From Octopus bimaculoides (taxonomy: Eukaryota): a stretch of DNA of 56,047 nt. The translations under genes and the position numbers were made by a program. Position 1 is the stretch's first letter; every line of letters begins with the position of its first letter. This document shows positions 12,470 to 24,560 of the stretch, piece after piece. The DNA lies in contig NC_068985.1 of the NCBI RefSeq assembly GCF_001194135.2, positions 125,691,102 to 125,747,148 on the forward strand, read 5' to 3'. Below the pieces are notes generated by a model, which was given only the letters and a program-made list of their open reading frames with translations, made no database searches and was not told where the DNA came from.

Positions 12470-12670
12470 AAATATTGGTTTCAAATTTTGGTACAATATT
12501 AGCGTGTTCGGGGGAGGGGATAAGTCGATTACATCGATCCAGTACTTGACTGGTATTTACTTTATCGACAGCGAAAAGCAAACTCGACGGAATTTGATCT
12601 CCGAATGTAAAGAAGGACAAAATGCCATATGTATTTTATCCGCCGTGTTAATGATTCTGCCAGTTCACCA
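12470..12670 (-). mobile_element. Family B SINE
   Basis: aagtcgattacatcgatccagtacttgactggtatttactttatcgac...gattctgccagttcacca. Confidence 0.8.
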
Positions 12671-13394
12671 AGAATATATAGATGGATAGTTTGCGGTCGA
12701 GCCACCTAATATGACTCACTCAGAAGGCTGTAATCTCATTTGGTAGGAACCCGGTAAAGAATATATAAAACACAAGGCTGGGACTTTAAATGTCTTTGAT
12801 GTGCCCCCCTCCCCCATATATATATACACGGAATTATAAATGGAAGTGGTTGATGGACATTTATTCATATATCTACATGCATCTGCGTATGTTAGCTGTT
12901 AACCCTGGTGAGAAGTTTACGAACAGCGATATGTTAGAACCTGTGCAGTGAATTGCTGCCGTGTAGATGTTGCTGACGACGTTGGTGAGAGACATGATTG
13001 AGGCGACGAAGATGGAGATCGCTGCAATGTGGTCATTGGTTAGACCTTAGAAGATCTGAAACTAAGAGTCTCTGAGGCTAGAAGGAAGTGAGCTTTTTTA
13101 GCCAACGGTAGGCTCAAATGGAGTTTAGAAAAGACTGTCTCACGTGATTTATTTGAAGGCTGCAATTGGTTGGGTTGCATATTAGCGCGCGATAGAGTAA
13201 GAGACAAATTGCGCAAACCAATCAGAGTGGTAGACACAACGGGGTCAAAAACAGCACCCGAAGATTAGTTGTTACCTGCTACGTTCTTGTGTATTTATAT
13301 ATAATAGATTAAATTCACTAGAGTTCGCTACAAATGTATAATTAGTAGCAGTATTGTAATAAAAAACACCAAGAGGCATACCCACCAAGTAAAA

Positions 13395-13720
13395 ACAGGC
13401 GCACCCTCGGTTACAACGACGAGGGTTCCAGTTGATTCGAGCAACCCGATCAACGGAACAGTCTGCTCGTGAAATTAACGTGCATGTGGATGAGCAATCT
13501 ACAAATACGTCTACCCTTAACGTAGTTCTCAAGGAGATTTACCGTGACACGGAGTGTGACAAGGCTGGCTCTTTGAAATACAAGTACTACTCATTTATAC
13601 CAACTGAGTGGACTGAAGCAGCGTGAAATTAAGTGTCTCACTGAAGAACACAACGCGTCGCCGGGAACTGAACTCACGACCTTCCGATCATGAACCGAAT
13701 ACTCTAGCCACTAAGCGCGT
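13395..13720 (-). mobile_element. tRNA-CORE SINE, family C, near full length
   Basis: The minus strand shows an A/B-box head (gcttagtggctagag; gagttcagttccc), CORE, and the body cagccttgtcacactc...aatttcacgagcagactgttccgttgatc...actggaaccctcgtcg shared with 19818-20020. Confidence 0.85.
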
Positions 13721-14243
13721 GGCTTAGTGGTTCACACCTGCCAAGAACTACATAAATAAAACATTATTTTAAAAATTAAGTTCTTGTAATGTAAATAATT
13801 ATATTAAATCAGCTATACTCTTCACATATGAATATGTGAGGCGTAGATAGATACTAGAAATGTATGTGGGGAATTGTTTATATGGTTTCGTTTCAGTAAT
13901 CCATTCCATTTGTAGACGACATAAGAATTTTACAGACATACAGAATATTTAAAGAACGGCCACACATTTACAAGCTTAGATACAGACTGATATCAAGATA
14001 CAGCTAGATACATGCGTAAACTATACACATATATGCATATGTATATGTAAAGAAACATCTATCTATCGATCTATATATTTATCTCTATTTACATATCTAT
14101 TTGTCTATTTGTTTATATATATATATATAGGTGTGAGAAAGTTGGTATGTGAAAGCACGTGGTTGGATGTATAAAAGATAATAAGAGTGAAAAAACTACA
14201 GAAGGCTTGTGTTACGTGGTTAAAGTATATATTTAAATTATGT

Positions 14244-14284
14244 CAGAAAAATGTTAGAAAAATGTTAGAAAAATGTTAGAAAAT
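14244..14284. repeat. 11-bp tandem repeat (AGAAAAATGTT) x about 3.5
   Basis: Direct reading. Confidence 0.85.
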
Positions 14285-14316
14285 CTTTTTGGTATATAAG
14301 CATTGTATTTTGAGAA

Positions 14317-14350
<34 letters not shown>

Positions 14351-15808
14351 ACTTGTGGATGGTCATATTGCCAGTTTAGCCAATAAAAACACACGCACTG
14401 TATATTTGGTGTTAATTTGCTTCAGCTTTATATTACATTAATCTTAATCTTATTTNNNNNNNNNNNNNNNNNNNNNNNNNNNNNNNNNNNNNNNNNNNNN
14501 NNNNNNNNNNNNNNNNNNNNNNNNNNNNNNNNNNNNNNNNNNNNNNNNNNNNNNNNNNNNNNNNNNNNNNNNNNNNNNNNNNNNNNNNNNNNNNNNNNNN
14601 NNNNNNNNNNNNNNNNNNNNNNNNNNNNNNNNNNNNNNNNNNNNNNNNNNNNNNNNNNNNNNNNNNNNNNNNNNNNNNNNNNNNNNNNNNNNNNNNNNNN
14701 NNNNNNNNNNNNNNNNNNNNNNNNNNNNNNNNNNNNNNNNNNNNNNNNNNNNNNNNNNNNNNNNNNNNNNNNNNNNNNNNNNNNNNNNNNNNNNNNNNNN
14801 NNNNNNNNNNNNNNNNNNNNNNNNNNNNNNNNNNNNNNNNNNNNNNNNNNNNNNNNNNNNNNNNNNNNNNNNNNNNNNNNNNNNNNNNNNNNNNNNNNNN
14901 NNNNNNNNNNNNNNNNNNNNNNNNNNNNNNNNNNNNNNNNNNNNNNNNNNNNNNNNNNNNNNNNNNNNNNNNNNNNNNNNNNNNNNNNNNNNNNNNNNNN
15001 NNNNNNNNNNNNNNNNNNNNNNNNNNNNNNNNNNNNNNNNNNNNNNNNNNNNNNNNNNNNNNNNNNNNNNNNNNNNNNNNNNNNNNNNNNNNNNNNNNNN
15101 NNNNNNNNNNNNNNNNNNNNNNNNNNNNNNNNNNNNNNNNNNNNNNNNNNNNNNNNNNNNNNNNNNNNNNNNNNNNNNNNNNNNNNNNNNNNNNNNNNNN
15201 NNNNNNNNNNNNNNNNNNNNNNNNNNNNNNNNNNNNNNNNNNNNNNNNNNNNNNNNNNNNNNNNNNNNNNNNNNNNNNNNNNNNNNNNNNNNNNNNNNNN
15301 NNNNNNNNNNNNNNNNNNNNNNNNNNNNNNNNNNNNNNNGTGTGTGTGTGTGTGTGTGAAACTTATTTTCGTAGTATACTTGATGAAAAGAACGAACAAC
15401 GTTGCTTTCTTTTTTCTTTTTTCTTTTCATGTTCACAAGAGGCAATGCAATTGACAACTGTCAAATTGGTGTAATCTTCAGATTCTCAACTGACACTCTC
15501 GAGCTAAAGAATTGAGATCCCGGTCTTTAGTTAGCTTTAAACTACCGCCTTCTGACTGTTTCAACCATCGTTTTTTTTTTGTATATGTGATTTTAATATA
15601 GTCACAGAATATTTCCTTATTTAAAAAAAAACTTTTCTTGTTTTTGTTTTGTTTTGTTTCTCTGTTGTTAAAATGTCATAATCTCTCGTGACAAGGGCAA
15701 TAAATTAAACAGACCTCGTAGTCAACCTAATTGATATGTATATATATAAATACATACATATATAAGCTCGATCTTGATGAGCTGACAAGGGAGACAAGTT
15801 CCCTATGT

Positions 15809-15878
15809 CACAGATACAGCCAGATCATCGATGGTTTCACCTAATACATCTTAACGCTCATCAGAGGCTCTCACCGTA
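15809..15878 (-). ncRNA. Degenerate type I hammerhead ribozyme with palindromic stem III
   Basis: Minus strand: agcct-CUGAUGA-[stem II g c (g) ttaa gatgta ttag g t]-GAAA-c-CAUCGAUG-AUC-tggct. Core intact; stem I AGCC/GGCU plus a distal tacgg/ctgtg helix; mismatches at C15.2-A16.2 and U1.1-U2.1. Confidence 0.6.
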
Positions 15879-16023
15879 CCCAGTGCTTCTGTTGGCTATT
15901 GTGTTGTTTTCACTCTTATATCTAGCGATCCTGGTGGGGATTAGTGTTCCTGTTCACTTTAGTGACGAACACACACACACACACACATATCTATATAACA
16001 ACATAACACAACAAACGAAAAGT

Positions 16024-16057
<34 letters not shown>

Positions 16058-16742
16058 NNNNNNNNNNNNNNNNNNNNNNNNNNNNNNNNNNNNNNNNNNN
16101 NNNNNNNNNNNNNNNNNNNNNNNNNNNNNNNNNNNNNNNNNNNNNNNNNNNNNNNNNNNNNNNNNNNNNNNNNNNNNNNNNNNNNNNNNNNNNNNNNNNN
16201 NNNNNNNNNNNNNNNNNNNNNNNNNNNNNNNNNNNNNNNNNNNNNNNNNNNNNNNNNNNNNNNNNNNNNNNNNNNNNNNNNNNNNNNNNNNNNNNNNNNN
16301 NNNNNNNNNNNNNNNNNNNNNNNNNNNNNNNNNNNNNNNNNNNNNNNNNNNNNNNNNNNNNNNNNNNNNNNNNNNNNNNNNNNNNNNNNNNNNNNNNNNN
16401 NNNNNNNNNNNNNNNNNNNNNNNNNNNNNNNNNNNNNNNNNNNNNNNNNNNNNNNNNNNNNNNNNNNNNNNNNNNNNNNNNNNNNNNNNNNNNNNNNNNN
16501 NNNNNNNNNNNNNNNNNNNNNNNNNNNNNNNNNNNNNNNNNNNNNNNNNNNNNNNNNNNNNNNNNNNNNNNNNNNNNNNNNNNNNNNNNNNNNTATATAT
16601 ACATATATATATATATATGTATGTATATAAAACATAGAAAACGGAAAATTTGTACCTAATTTGTCATCAGTCATCCAAACACACAAACACAGTCAAGCGT
16701 GTACGCACGCACTCACACACACACACACACACACACACACGC

Positions 16743-16778
<36 letters not shown>

Positions 16779-17429
16779 TGCTCTATTATAGGCAAGTACT
16801 GGCATCTATCAAGTGAAGTACTTATTTTTAAATAAACACAGAAAACTACACAAAGTCACACATGCAGTTCCATATATAGACCACATATAAAGGCGAAGTC
16901 CATGTGCACTATATGCACATACACATGTAGAAGCATACACAGAGAAGCATAATTATATCAAGATAAAGTGGGGGGAATTTTAAACCAGCGAACCGTATGA
17001 AATATAATGACATTATTATGATTATAACGCAATGGATAATCTTGTTATAAATAAACCTGTGAGAATAAACGAAAGAAAAACACACAGAATAACTACCCAT
17101 TACATGAATAACCAACATCCCTTTTCTGTGTTAATTTGTAGATTTGTAAAATAATTATAATCGCATGACCCAACTAGGGTAGACTGTCTAGATAATTAAA
17201 CAGACATGGCAATGTCTTATATATGTTTTAATAGCGACTAAGAATTAAGTGGAACATATTGTTTTAATTGGTATGTAACTAGCTTTCAGGATAAGGAAAT
17301 TAAACAAAAGTGAGATATGGCTTTTTGTAACAGAAAAGTATCAGTAGAGATGTCTGTATGTATATATGTGTATGACAATGCTCATATTCATGCATTTATG
17401 ATTACACGCACATATATACATCCATATCT

Positions 17430-17488
<59 letters not shown>

Positions 17489-17512
17489 TGTTATCTTTTG
17501 TCTTTTAGCTTT

Positions 17513-17690
17513 TATTTGTTTCAATCATTAGACTGCAGCCATGCTCCACCTTAAAGAATTGCAGTTAACTGAATTGACTCCAGTACCTTTTTTTAAAGCC
17601 TGGTACTTATTCTATCCATCTATTTTGCCGGCCCCCTGGATTGCGGCGGCAAACATTGACACAAAGATACACACAGATACACACGCACAC
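17513..17690 (-). mobile_element. Family A SINE, 3' half
   Basis: tttgtttcaatcattagactgcagccatgct...aaagcctggtacttattctatc. Confidence 0.7.
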
Positions 17691-17778
17691 ACACACGCAC
17701 ACACACACACACACACACACTCACACACACATACATACAGGTATACATATTTTTTGTATAAAAATATATATATATATA

Positions 17779-17973
17779 GGCGTAGGAGTGGCTGTGTGGT
17801 AAGTAGCTTGCTTACCAACCACATGGTCCCAGATTCAGTCCCACTGCGTGGCACCTTGGGCAAGTGTCTTCTAGTATAGCCTCGGGCCGCCAAAGCCTTG
17901 TGAGTGGATTTGGTAGACGGAAACTGAAAGAAGCCTGTCGTATATATGTATATATATATATGTATGTGTGTAT
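17779..17973 (+). mobile_element. Family A SINE, young copy, head and CORE (runs into a gap)
   Basis: ggcgtaggagtggctgtgtggtaagtagc (A box), agattcagtccc (B box), ccttgggcaagtgtcttctagtatagcc. Confidence 0.9.
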
Positions 17974-18672
17974 NNNNNNNNNNNNNNNNNNNNNNNNNNN
18001 NNNNNNNNNNNNNNNNNNNNNNNNNNNNNNNNNNNNNNNNNNNNNNNNNNNNNNNNNNNNNNNNNNNNNNNNNNNNNNNNNNNNNNNNNNNNNNNNNNNN
18101 NNNNNNNNNNNNNNNNNNNNNNNNNNNNNNNNNNNNNNNNNNNNNNNNNNNNNNNNNNNNNNNNNNNNNNNNNNNNNNNNNNNNNNNNNNNNNNNNNNNN
18201 NNNNNNNNNNNNNNNNNNNNNNNNNNNNNNNNNNNNNNNNNNNNNNNNNNNNNNNNNNNNNNNNNNNNNNNNNNNNNNNNNNNNNNNNNNNNNNNNNNNN
18301 NNNNNNNNNNNNNNNNNNNNNNNNNNNNNNNNNNNNNNNNNNNNNNNNNNNNNNNNNNNNNNNNNNNNNNNNNNNNNNNNNNNNNNNNNNNNNNNNNNNN
18401 NNNNNNNNNNNNNNNNNNNNNNNNNNNNNNNNNNNNNNNNNNNNNNNNNNNNNNNNNNNNNNNNNNNNNNNNNNNNNNNNNNNNNNNNNNNNNNNNNNNN
18501 NNNNNNNNNNNNNNNNNNNNNNNNNNNNNNNNNNNNNNNNNNNNNNNNNNNNNNNNNNNNNNNNNNNNNNNNNNNNNNNNNNNNNNNNNNNNNNNNNNNN
18601 NNNNNNNNNNNNNNNNNNNNNNNNNNNNNNNNNNNNNNNNNNNNNNNNNNNNNNNNNNNNNNNNNNNNNNNN

Positions 18673-18838
18673 GTGTGTGTGTGTGTGTGAGTGTGTATGT
18701 GTGAGAGAGAGAGAGAGTGTGTGTGTGTGTGTGAGTGTGTATGTGTGAGAGAGAGAGAGAGTGTGTGTGTGAGTGTGTGTGTGAGTGTGTATGTGAGAGA
18801 GAGAGAGAGAGAGAGAGTGTGTGTGAGTGTGTGTGTGA

Positions 18839-18877
<39 letters not shown>

Positions 18878-18902
18878 TGTGTGTGTGTGTGTGTGTGTGT
18901 GT
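18673..18902. repeat. Compound (GT)n/(GA)n microsatellite with alternating blocks
   Basis: Direct reading. Confidence 0.95.
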
Positions 18903-19168
18903 AAGATACAAATAAGATGATTAGTTACTTGTGGAATGCAGAGACGCCGTTAGAACGTAAATTACCCTTACAAAGTGAAAAAATTGTCAACAAGCAAGTA
19001 TCTGCGTTATATATATATAAATCTGAGGGGAGAAAAATGTTTTTATTTTTCATTCCCTTTCGAAATTATCCCTAATTGTGGTGCGGAGTTTTGACTGCTC
19101 CTTCTAGCGGGTTAGATGTCCTATTATGGTCATTTCTGATGTGTTTAAATGTCCACTGCATGTATATA

Positions 19169-19201
<33 letters not shown>

Positions 19202-19817
19202 NNNNNNNNNNNNNNNNNNNNNNNNNNNNNNNNNNNNNNNNNNNNNNNNNNNNNNNNNNNNNNNNNNNNNNNNNNNNNNNNNNNNNNNNNNNNNNNNNNN
19301 NNNNNNNNNNNNNNNNNNNNNNNNNNNNNNNNNNNNNNNNNNNNNNNNNNNNNNNNNNNNNNNNNNNNNNNNNNNNNNNNNNNNNNNNNNNNNNNNNNNN
19401 NNNNNNNNNNNNNNNNNNNNNNNNNNNNNNNNNNNNNNNNNNNNNNNNNNNNNNNNNNNNNNNNNNNNNNNNNNNNNNNNNNNNNNNNNNNNNNNNNNNN
19501 NNNNNNNNNNNNNNNNNNNNNNNNNNNNNNNNNNNNNNNNNNNNNNNNNNNNNNNNNNNNNNNNNNNNNNNNNNNNNNNNNNNNNNNNNNNNNNNNNNNN
19601 NNNNNNNNNNNNNNNNNNNNNNNNNNNNNNNNNNNNNNNNNNNNNNNNNNNNNNNNNNNNNNNNNNNNNNNNNNNNNNNNNNNNNNNNNNNNNNNNNNNN
19701 NNNNNNNNNNNNNNNNNNNNNNNNNNNNNNNNNNNNNNNNNNNNNNNNNNNNNNNNNNNNNNNNNNNNNNNNNNNNNNNNNNNNNNNNNNNNNNNNNNAC
19801 AACTTTCTCTCACTCTT

Positions 19818-20020
19818 ACTTCCTGTTTCTGTTGTGCCTGTAATTCAAAGGGTCAGCCTTGTCACACTCTGTGTCACGCTGAATATCCCCGAGAACTACA
19901 TTAAGGGTACACGTGTCTGTGGAGTGCTCAGCCACTTGCACGTTAATTTCACGAGCAAGCTGTTCCGTTGATCGGATCAACTGGAACCCTCGACGTCGTA
20001 AGCGACGGAGTGCCAACACA
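19818..20020 (+). mobile_element. Family C SINE, 3' body (head lost in the gap)
   Basis: ctgtaattcaaagggtcagccttgtcacactctgtgtcacg...gatcggatcaactggaaccctcgacgtcgtaagcgacggagtgcc; reverse complement of 13395-13600. Confidence 0.85.
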
Positions 20021-20567
20021 ACACATGTGCGCATGTACGTATGTGTGCGTGCATGTATGAACGTATGTATGTATGTACGCATGTACGTATGTATGTATGT
20101 ACGTATGTATGTATTCAACTATTATACGTAGACACTAATAGACACACACACCTAAAGACGTATATAGAGACACACAGCTTTTGAAGCTACCGCGAAGCAA
20201 TTTTCGTTCAGTGAACCATGTTAGACGTAATAACATTACGTTAATTATTACATAATATTTAATAATCTTGTCATAAATAAACATCCTAAAAAGGAGAGTA
20301 GGACAGGCATACGAAGTATCAAGCCATTACATCTGTGGGCTGGTAGAGCCATAATACAGACTTGTTAATTAATTATAATCGTATGATCCAACTAGATTAG
20401 ATGGTGAAGAAAATTAGCTGACCTAGCTATTAAGAATAGCGACTGAGAATGTCTGGGATGCACAAATCTTAGTGATGGTATGTATGTGTACAAGAGTATA
20501 GATATGTGTAAGGTCATCAATTTAAACACACGCACACATATGTATGTTTGTATGTATGTATGTATGT

Positions 20568-20604
<37 letters not shown>

Positions 20605-21967
20605 NNNNNNNNNNNNNNNNNNNNNNNNNNNNNNNNNNNNNNNNNNNNNNNNNNNNNNNNNNNNNNNNNNNNNNNNNNNNNNNNNNNNNNNNNNNNNNNN
20701 NNNNNNNNNNNNNNNNNNNNNNNNNNNNNNNNNNNNNNNNNNNNNNNNNNNNNNNNNNNNNNNNNNNNNNNNNNNNNNNNNNNNNNNNNNNNNNNNNNNN
20801 NNNNNNNNNNNNNNNNNNNNNNNNNNNNNNNNNNNNNNNNNNNNNNNNNNNNNNNNNNNNNNNNNNNNNNNNNNNNNNNNNNNNNNNNNNNNNNNNNNNN
20901 NNNNNNNNNNNNNNNNNNNNNNNNNNNNNNNNNNNNNNNNNNNNNNNNNNNNNNNNNNNNNNNNNNNNNNNNNNNNNNNNNNNNNNNNNNNNNNNNNNNN
21001 NNNNNNNNNNNNNNNNNNNNNNNNNNNNNNNNNNNNNNNNNNNNNNNNNNNNNNNNNNNNNNNNNNNNNNNNNNNNNNNNNNNNNNNNNNNNNNNNNNNN
21101 NNNNNNNNNNNNNNNNNNNNNNNNNNNNNNNNNNNNNNNNNNNNNNNNNNNNNNNNNNNNNNNNNNNNNNNNNNNNNNNNNNNNNNNNNNNNNNNNNNNN
21201 NNNNNNNNNNNNNNNNNNNNNNNNNNNNNNNNNNNNNNNNNNNNNNNNNNNNNNNNNNNNNNNNNNNNNNNNNNNNNNNNNNNNNNNNNNNNNNNNNNNN
21301 NNNNNNNNNNNNNNNNNNNNNNNNNNNNNNNNNNNNNNNNNNNNNNNNNNNNNNNNNNNNNNNNNNNNNNNNNNNNNNNNNNNNNNNNNNNNNNNNNNNN
21401 NNNNNNNNNNNNNNNNNNNNNNNNNNNNNNNNNNNNNNNNNNNNNNNNNNNNNNNNNNNNNNNNNNNNNNNNNNNNNNNNNNNNNNNNNNNNNNNNNNNN
21501 NNNNNNNNNNNNNNNNNNNNNNNNNNNNNNNNNNNNNNNNNNNNNNNNNNNNNNNNNNNNNNNNNNNNNNNNNNNNNNNNNNNNNNNNNNTATATATATA
21601 TATATATTTCTATAAGCTCTTAAGTTAGATTAAAAATCATATCACAGAAATCATTTCAGAGTTTTCCTAGTCTAAATTGAAATGTATTTTCAGTTATAAG
21701 AAAAAGCTTTCCAGTTTCATCTTTTAGTTCGTTTTATATACACTGATACATAGACATAAATGTACACATATCAGAGGGAAATACTTTCAGAAAAGGTATT
21801 TTCCAACAAAAACCTCTAGTCCTATTCGTTTTAACCGAGTTGTATAGAAAACCTTTGTTAGTCTTGCCGTCAAAAGTTCAGTCAGTTAATTACGTACCGT
21901 ATAGAAACCTGTAATCAAAGGTGCTATTGCTTGTAAAATGCGGTAAAATGAATATAATTTAAATATA

Positions 21968-22204
21968 TTTATTTCTTTATTGCCCACAGGGGGCTAAAAC
22001 ATAGAGGGGACAAACAAGCTCAGACAAAGGGATTAAGTCGATTACACCGACCCCAGTGAGTAACTGGTACTTATTTAATCGACCTCGAAAGGATGAAAGG
22101 CAAAGTCTACCTCGGCGGAATTTCAGCTCAGAACGTAACGGCAGATGAAATACCGCTAAGCATTTCGCCCGGCGTGCTAACGATTCTGCCAGCTCGCTGC
22201 CTTA
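21968..22204 (-). mobile_element. Family B SINE, young copy with a variant 3' end
   Basis: Head and central domain are near consensus. The 3' end (ctttgtctgagcttgtttgtcccctctatg...ggcaataaagaaat) differs from the other copies. Confidence 0.9.
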
Positions 22205-22214
22205 TAATTCAGAT

Positions 22215-22345
22215 GCATTTTCTACTCTTGACACAAGTCCCGAAATTTTCGGGGAGGGGGGGGCAGTCAATTAGATCGACCTCAGTACGCAACTGGTACT
22301 TAATTTATAGACGCCGAAAGGATGAAAGGCAAAGTCGAACTCTAC
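22215..22345 (-). mobile_element. Family B SINE, 5'-truncated
   Basis: cccgaaattttcgggg...cagtacgcaactggtactt...aaggatgaaaggcaaagtcga. Confidence 0.85.
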
Positions 22346-23342
22346 GGATAATTTAAATATGTTGGAGAACACAGCAGGACATGGGATATGACTGACATTT
22401 TCCAAAACAGCTGCATTGCGGGATCGAATCTAATAACATACGATGACAAAACGAACTTGTTAACCGTCTAGATTAAAATTATGAGATTATAAGTATATAA
22501 AAAAATATGTTTACGAATTTAGAATGAAAGTTAATTTTTCATTCTTTTAGTTATTTCTGAAGCTGATTTTGGTGCTGTCAACGTTGTGGTAATTTGATTG
22601 TTGTTGTTGCTTTCTGCAACAGATCACCTTTCTCGGATGTCGGTCTGTTATAGAAAATGATCCTGGAAAGTAATAATAATAATATTCTCCGATGACATCG
22701 GATATTGCTTTCTGTTGCTTTGATGGATGGCGTGAATAGTTCACCCACCTACTCTTAGCTTTTCTTTCTTCCATTTTTTTTTCTTTCTCTCTCTTTCTCT
22801 TACTCTCTGTCTCTCTCACTCTCATTTAATCTTCCGTTCTTTGAGATCGTTTCGGATTGTTTTGAATTATTATTTTATATTCACTCTTTGCATGGTAAAT
22901 GGACGTTATGAAAGAGAAAAGAAAAAAAAGATGAAACCAACCGACTGAACAACCAGCCAACTAATCTACCAATCGTACGAATACACAACATTCAACGGAT
23001 ATTCACGATCAAAATAAACAACTCCTTATCAAATTACACTTCATTAAAAGTAAAACAAGAATCCAAATTGTAAAGCAGGAAAAAAAATGATAAAAAATAA
23101 CAAAAAAAAGCAACGCAAAATTTAATTAACTTGTCAATTGTTTCCTTTTCTTTAAACTTCGGAAATAAATAATGAAATTACTTTCCATATGGTAAGGGAA
23201 ATTTTTGTTTTAATTTTTTTTTCTTTGTCGAGGTCGGTTGGATATTGTGAACTATATAGTTCTTTAGCATGCAGTATTGGTTTATTTTCCTACTCAAGTA
23301 ATAGTTAGTGTGTTTTTGTAAATTGAAACACACGCGCACACG

Positions 23343-23394
<52 letters not shown>

Positions 23395-23400
23395 TATCTA

Positions 23401-23668
23401 CAGGGTGTCCAAAACAAGTATACACACAATGAATGATTATAAAGCCAGTGTTTATTAAAATAGATTTTATAAAATTTAGTAGAACCCACTGACAGAATTT
23501 AATTTTGTTATGAACTCACGTTTTCAAACTCATGACCATTCTTGCGCAGGCTCTGCTGATAACGCGACGCAATGGAATTGCAAACATCAAGAGACAGTTC
23601 GTTTGGTATTTGAGCACATTCTTGTTCAAATCGTCGACTGCTGCCGGTTTCGTACCAGAAACTTTCTC
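23401..23668 (-). pseudogene. Tc1/mariner 3'-end fragment
   Basis: TA|cagggtgtcc terminus; the minus strand gives EKV..TKP, then EQECAQIPNELSLDVCNSIASRYQQSLRKNGHEFENVSS*, a typical transposase C-terminus. Confidence 0.75.
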
Positions 23669-24094
23669 TTAAGAATTCTTATCAAAAGAAGTATCATTGA
23701 AAGTACGGGCTATTCTTAAGTATTCCTATGAAAAAGTGTCATAAAGAGCAAAGACTATTCTAGGAAAGAAAATTTTCAAATGACAGCACTTCAAAATGCT
23801 TTAAAAATTTCATTACCACAACACGTCTCAATAATGTGCGCATGTGTCTTTGTTCGTTCATTCACTCATTCGGTTTGCTTGCATGTTCACGTTGTGCCTG
23901 CATTCTCTTCTTCGTTTTGAAATGTTTAAATTACTTTACTTTTTCATTTGTATCAGGGTTGCTAATCTACGTAATATCCAGCAAGAACTAGCACTTTAAA
24001 CAAAACATACCTAATTAAAATAAACATCTAAAAAACAAGTAAATCTAGTGAAATCAAAAGGAAACACATTTAACATATTGTACCAAGGTTTTCA

Positions 24095-24314
24095 TTATTC
24101 TTTTCTACTCTAGGTACAAGGCCCGAAATTTGGGGAGAGGGAGCCAGTGGGTTACATCGACCCCAGTACGCAACTGGTACCCAATCTATCGACGTCCGGA
24201 AGGATGAAAGGCAAAATCGACCTCGGCTGAATTTGAACTCAGAACGCAAAGACAGACGAAATAGCTCTAACCATTTCGCCCGGAATGCTAACGTTTCTGC
24301 AAGCTTGCCACCTA
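24095..24314 (-). mobile_element. Family B SINE
   Basis: Full head, central domain and ...ggccttgtacctagagtagaaaagaat tail. Confidence 0.9.
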
Positions 24315-24349
24315 AGGTTTTTTCTTTATTAACAAAGTTAGTTAAGGAA

Positions 24350-24560
24350 ATGAGCCAGCAGAATCGTTAGAACGCCGGGCGAAATGCTTAACAGCATCTC
24401 GTCTGTCTTTAGCTTCCGAGTTCAAATACAACCGAGGTCGCCTATGCCTTTTATTCTTTCGGGGTCGATAAAAATAAGTACCAGTTGAGCACTGAGTCGA
24501 TGTAGTCGACTAGACCCCTTCCCCAATACTTCAGGGCTACTGCTTATTGAAGAATGGATT
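24350..24560 (+). mobile_element. Family B SINE, head-to-head with the previous copy
   Basis: gagccagcagaatcgttagaacgccgggcgaaatgc...ggggtcgataaaaataagtaccagttgagcact. Confidence 0.9.

Noticed and set aside
15766-15831. Plus-strand hammerhead-like layout around the hairpin tgacaaggga/tccctatgtca
   Set aside because: The core is broken in two places (CUUGAUGA, GAUA) and the apparent stem I comes from the same palindrome as the minus-strand motif.
17779-17860. tRNA-like sequences with A and B boxes
   Set aside because: They continue into SINE bodies and lack an acceptor stem, so they are not tRNA genes.
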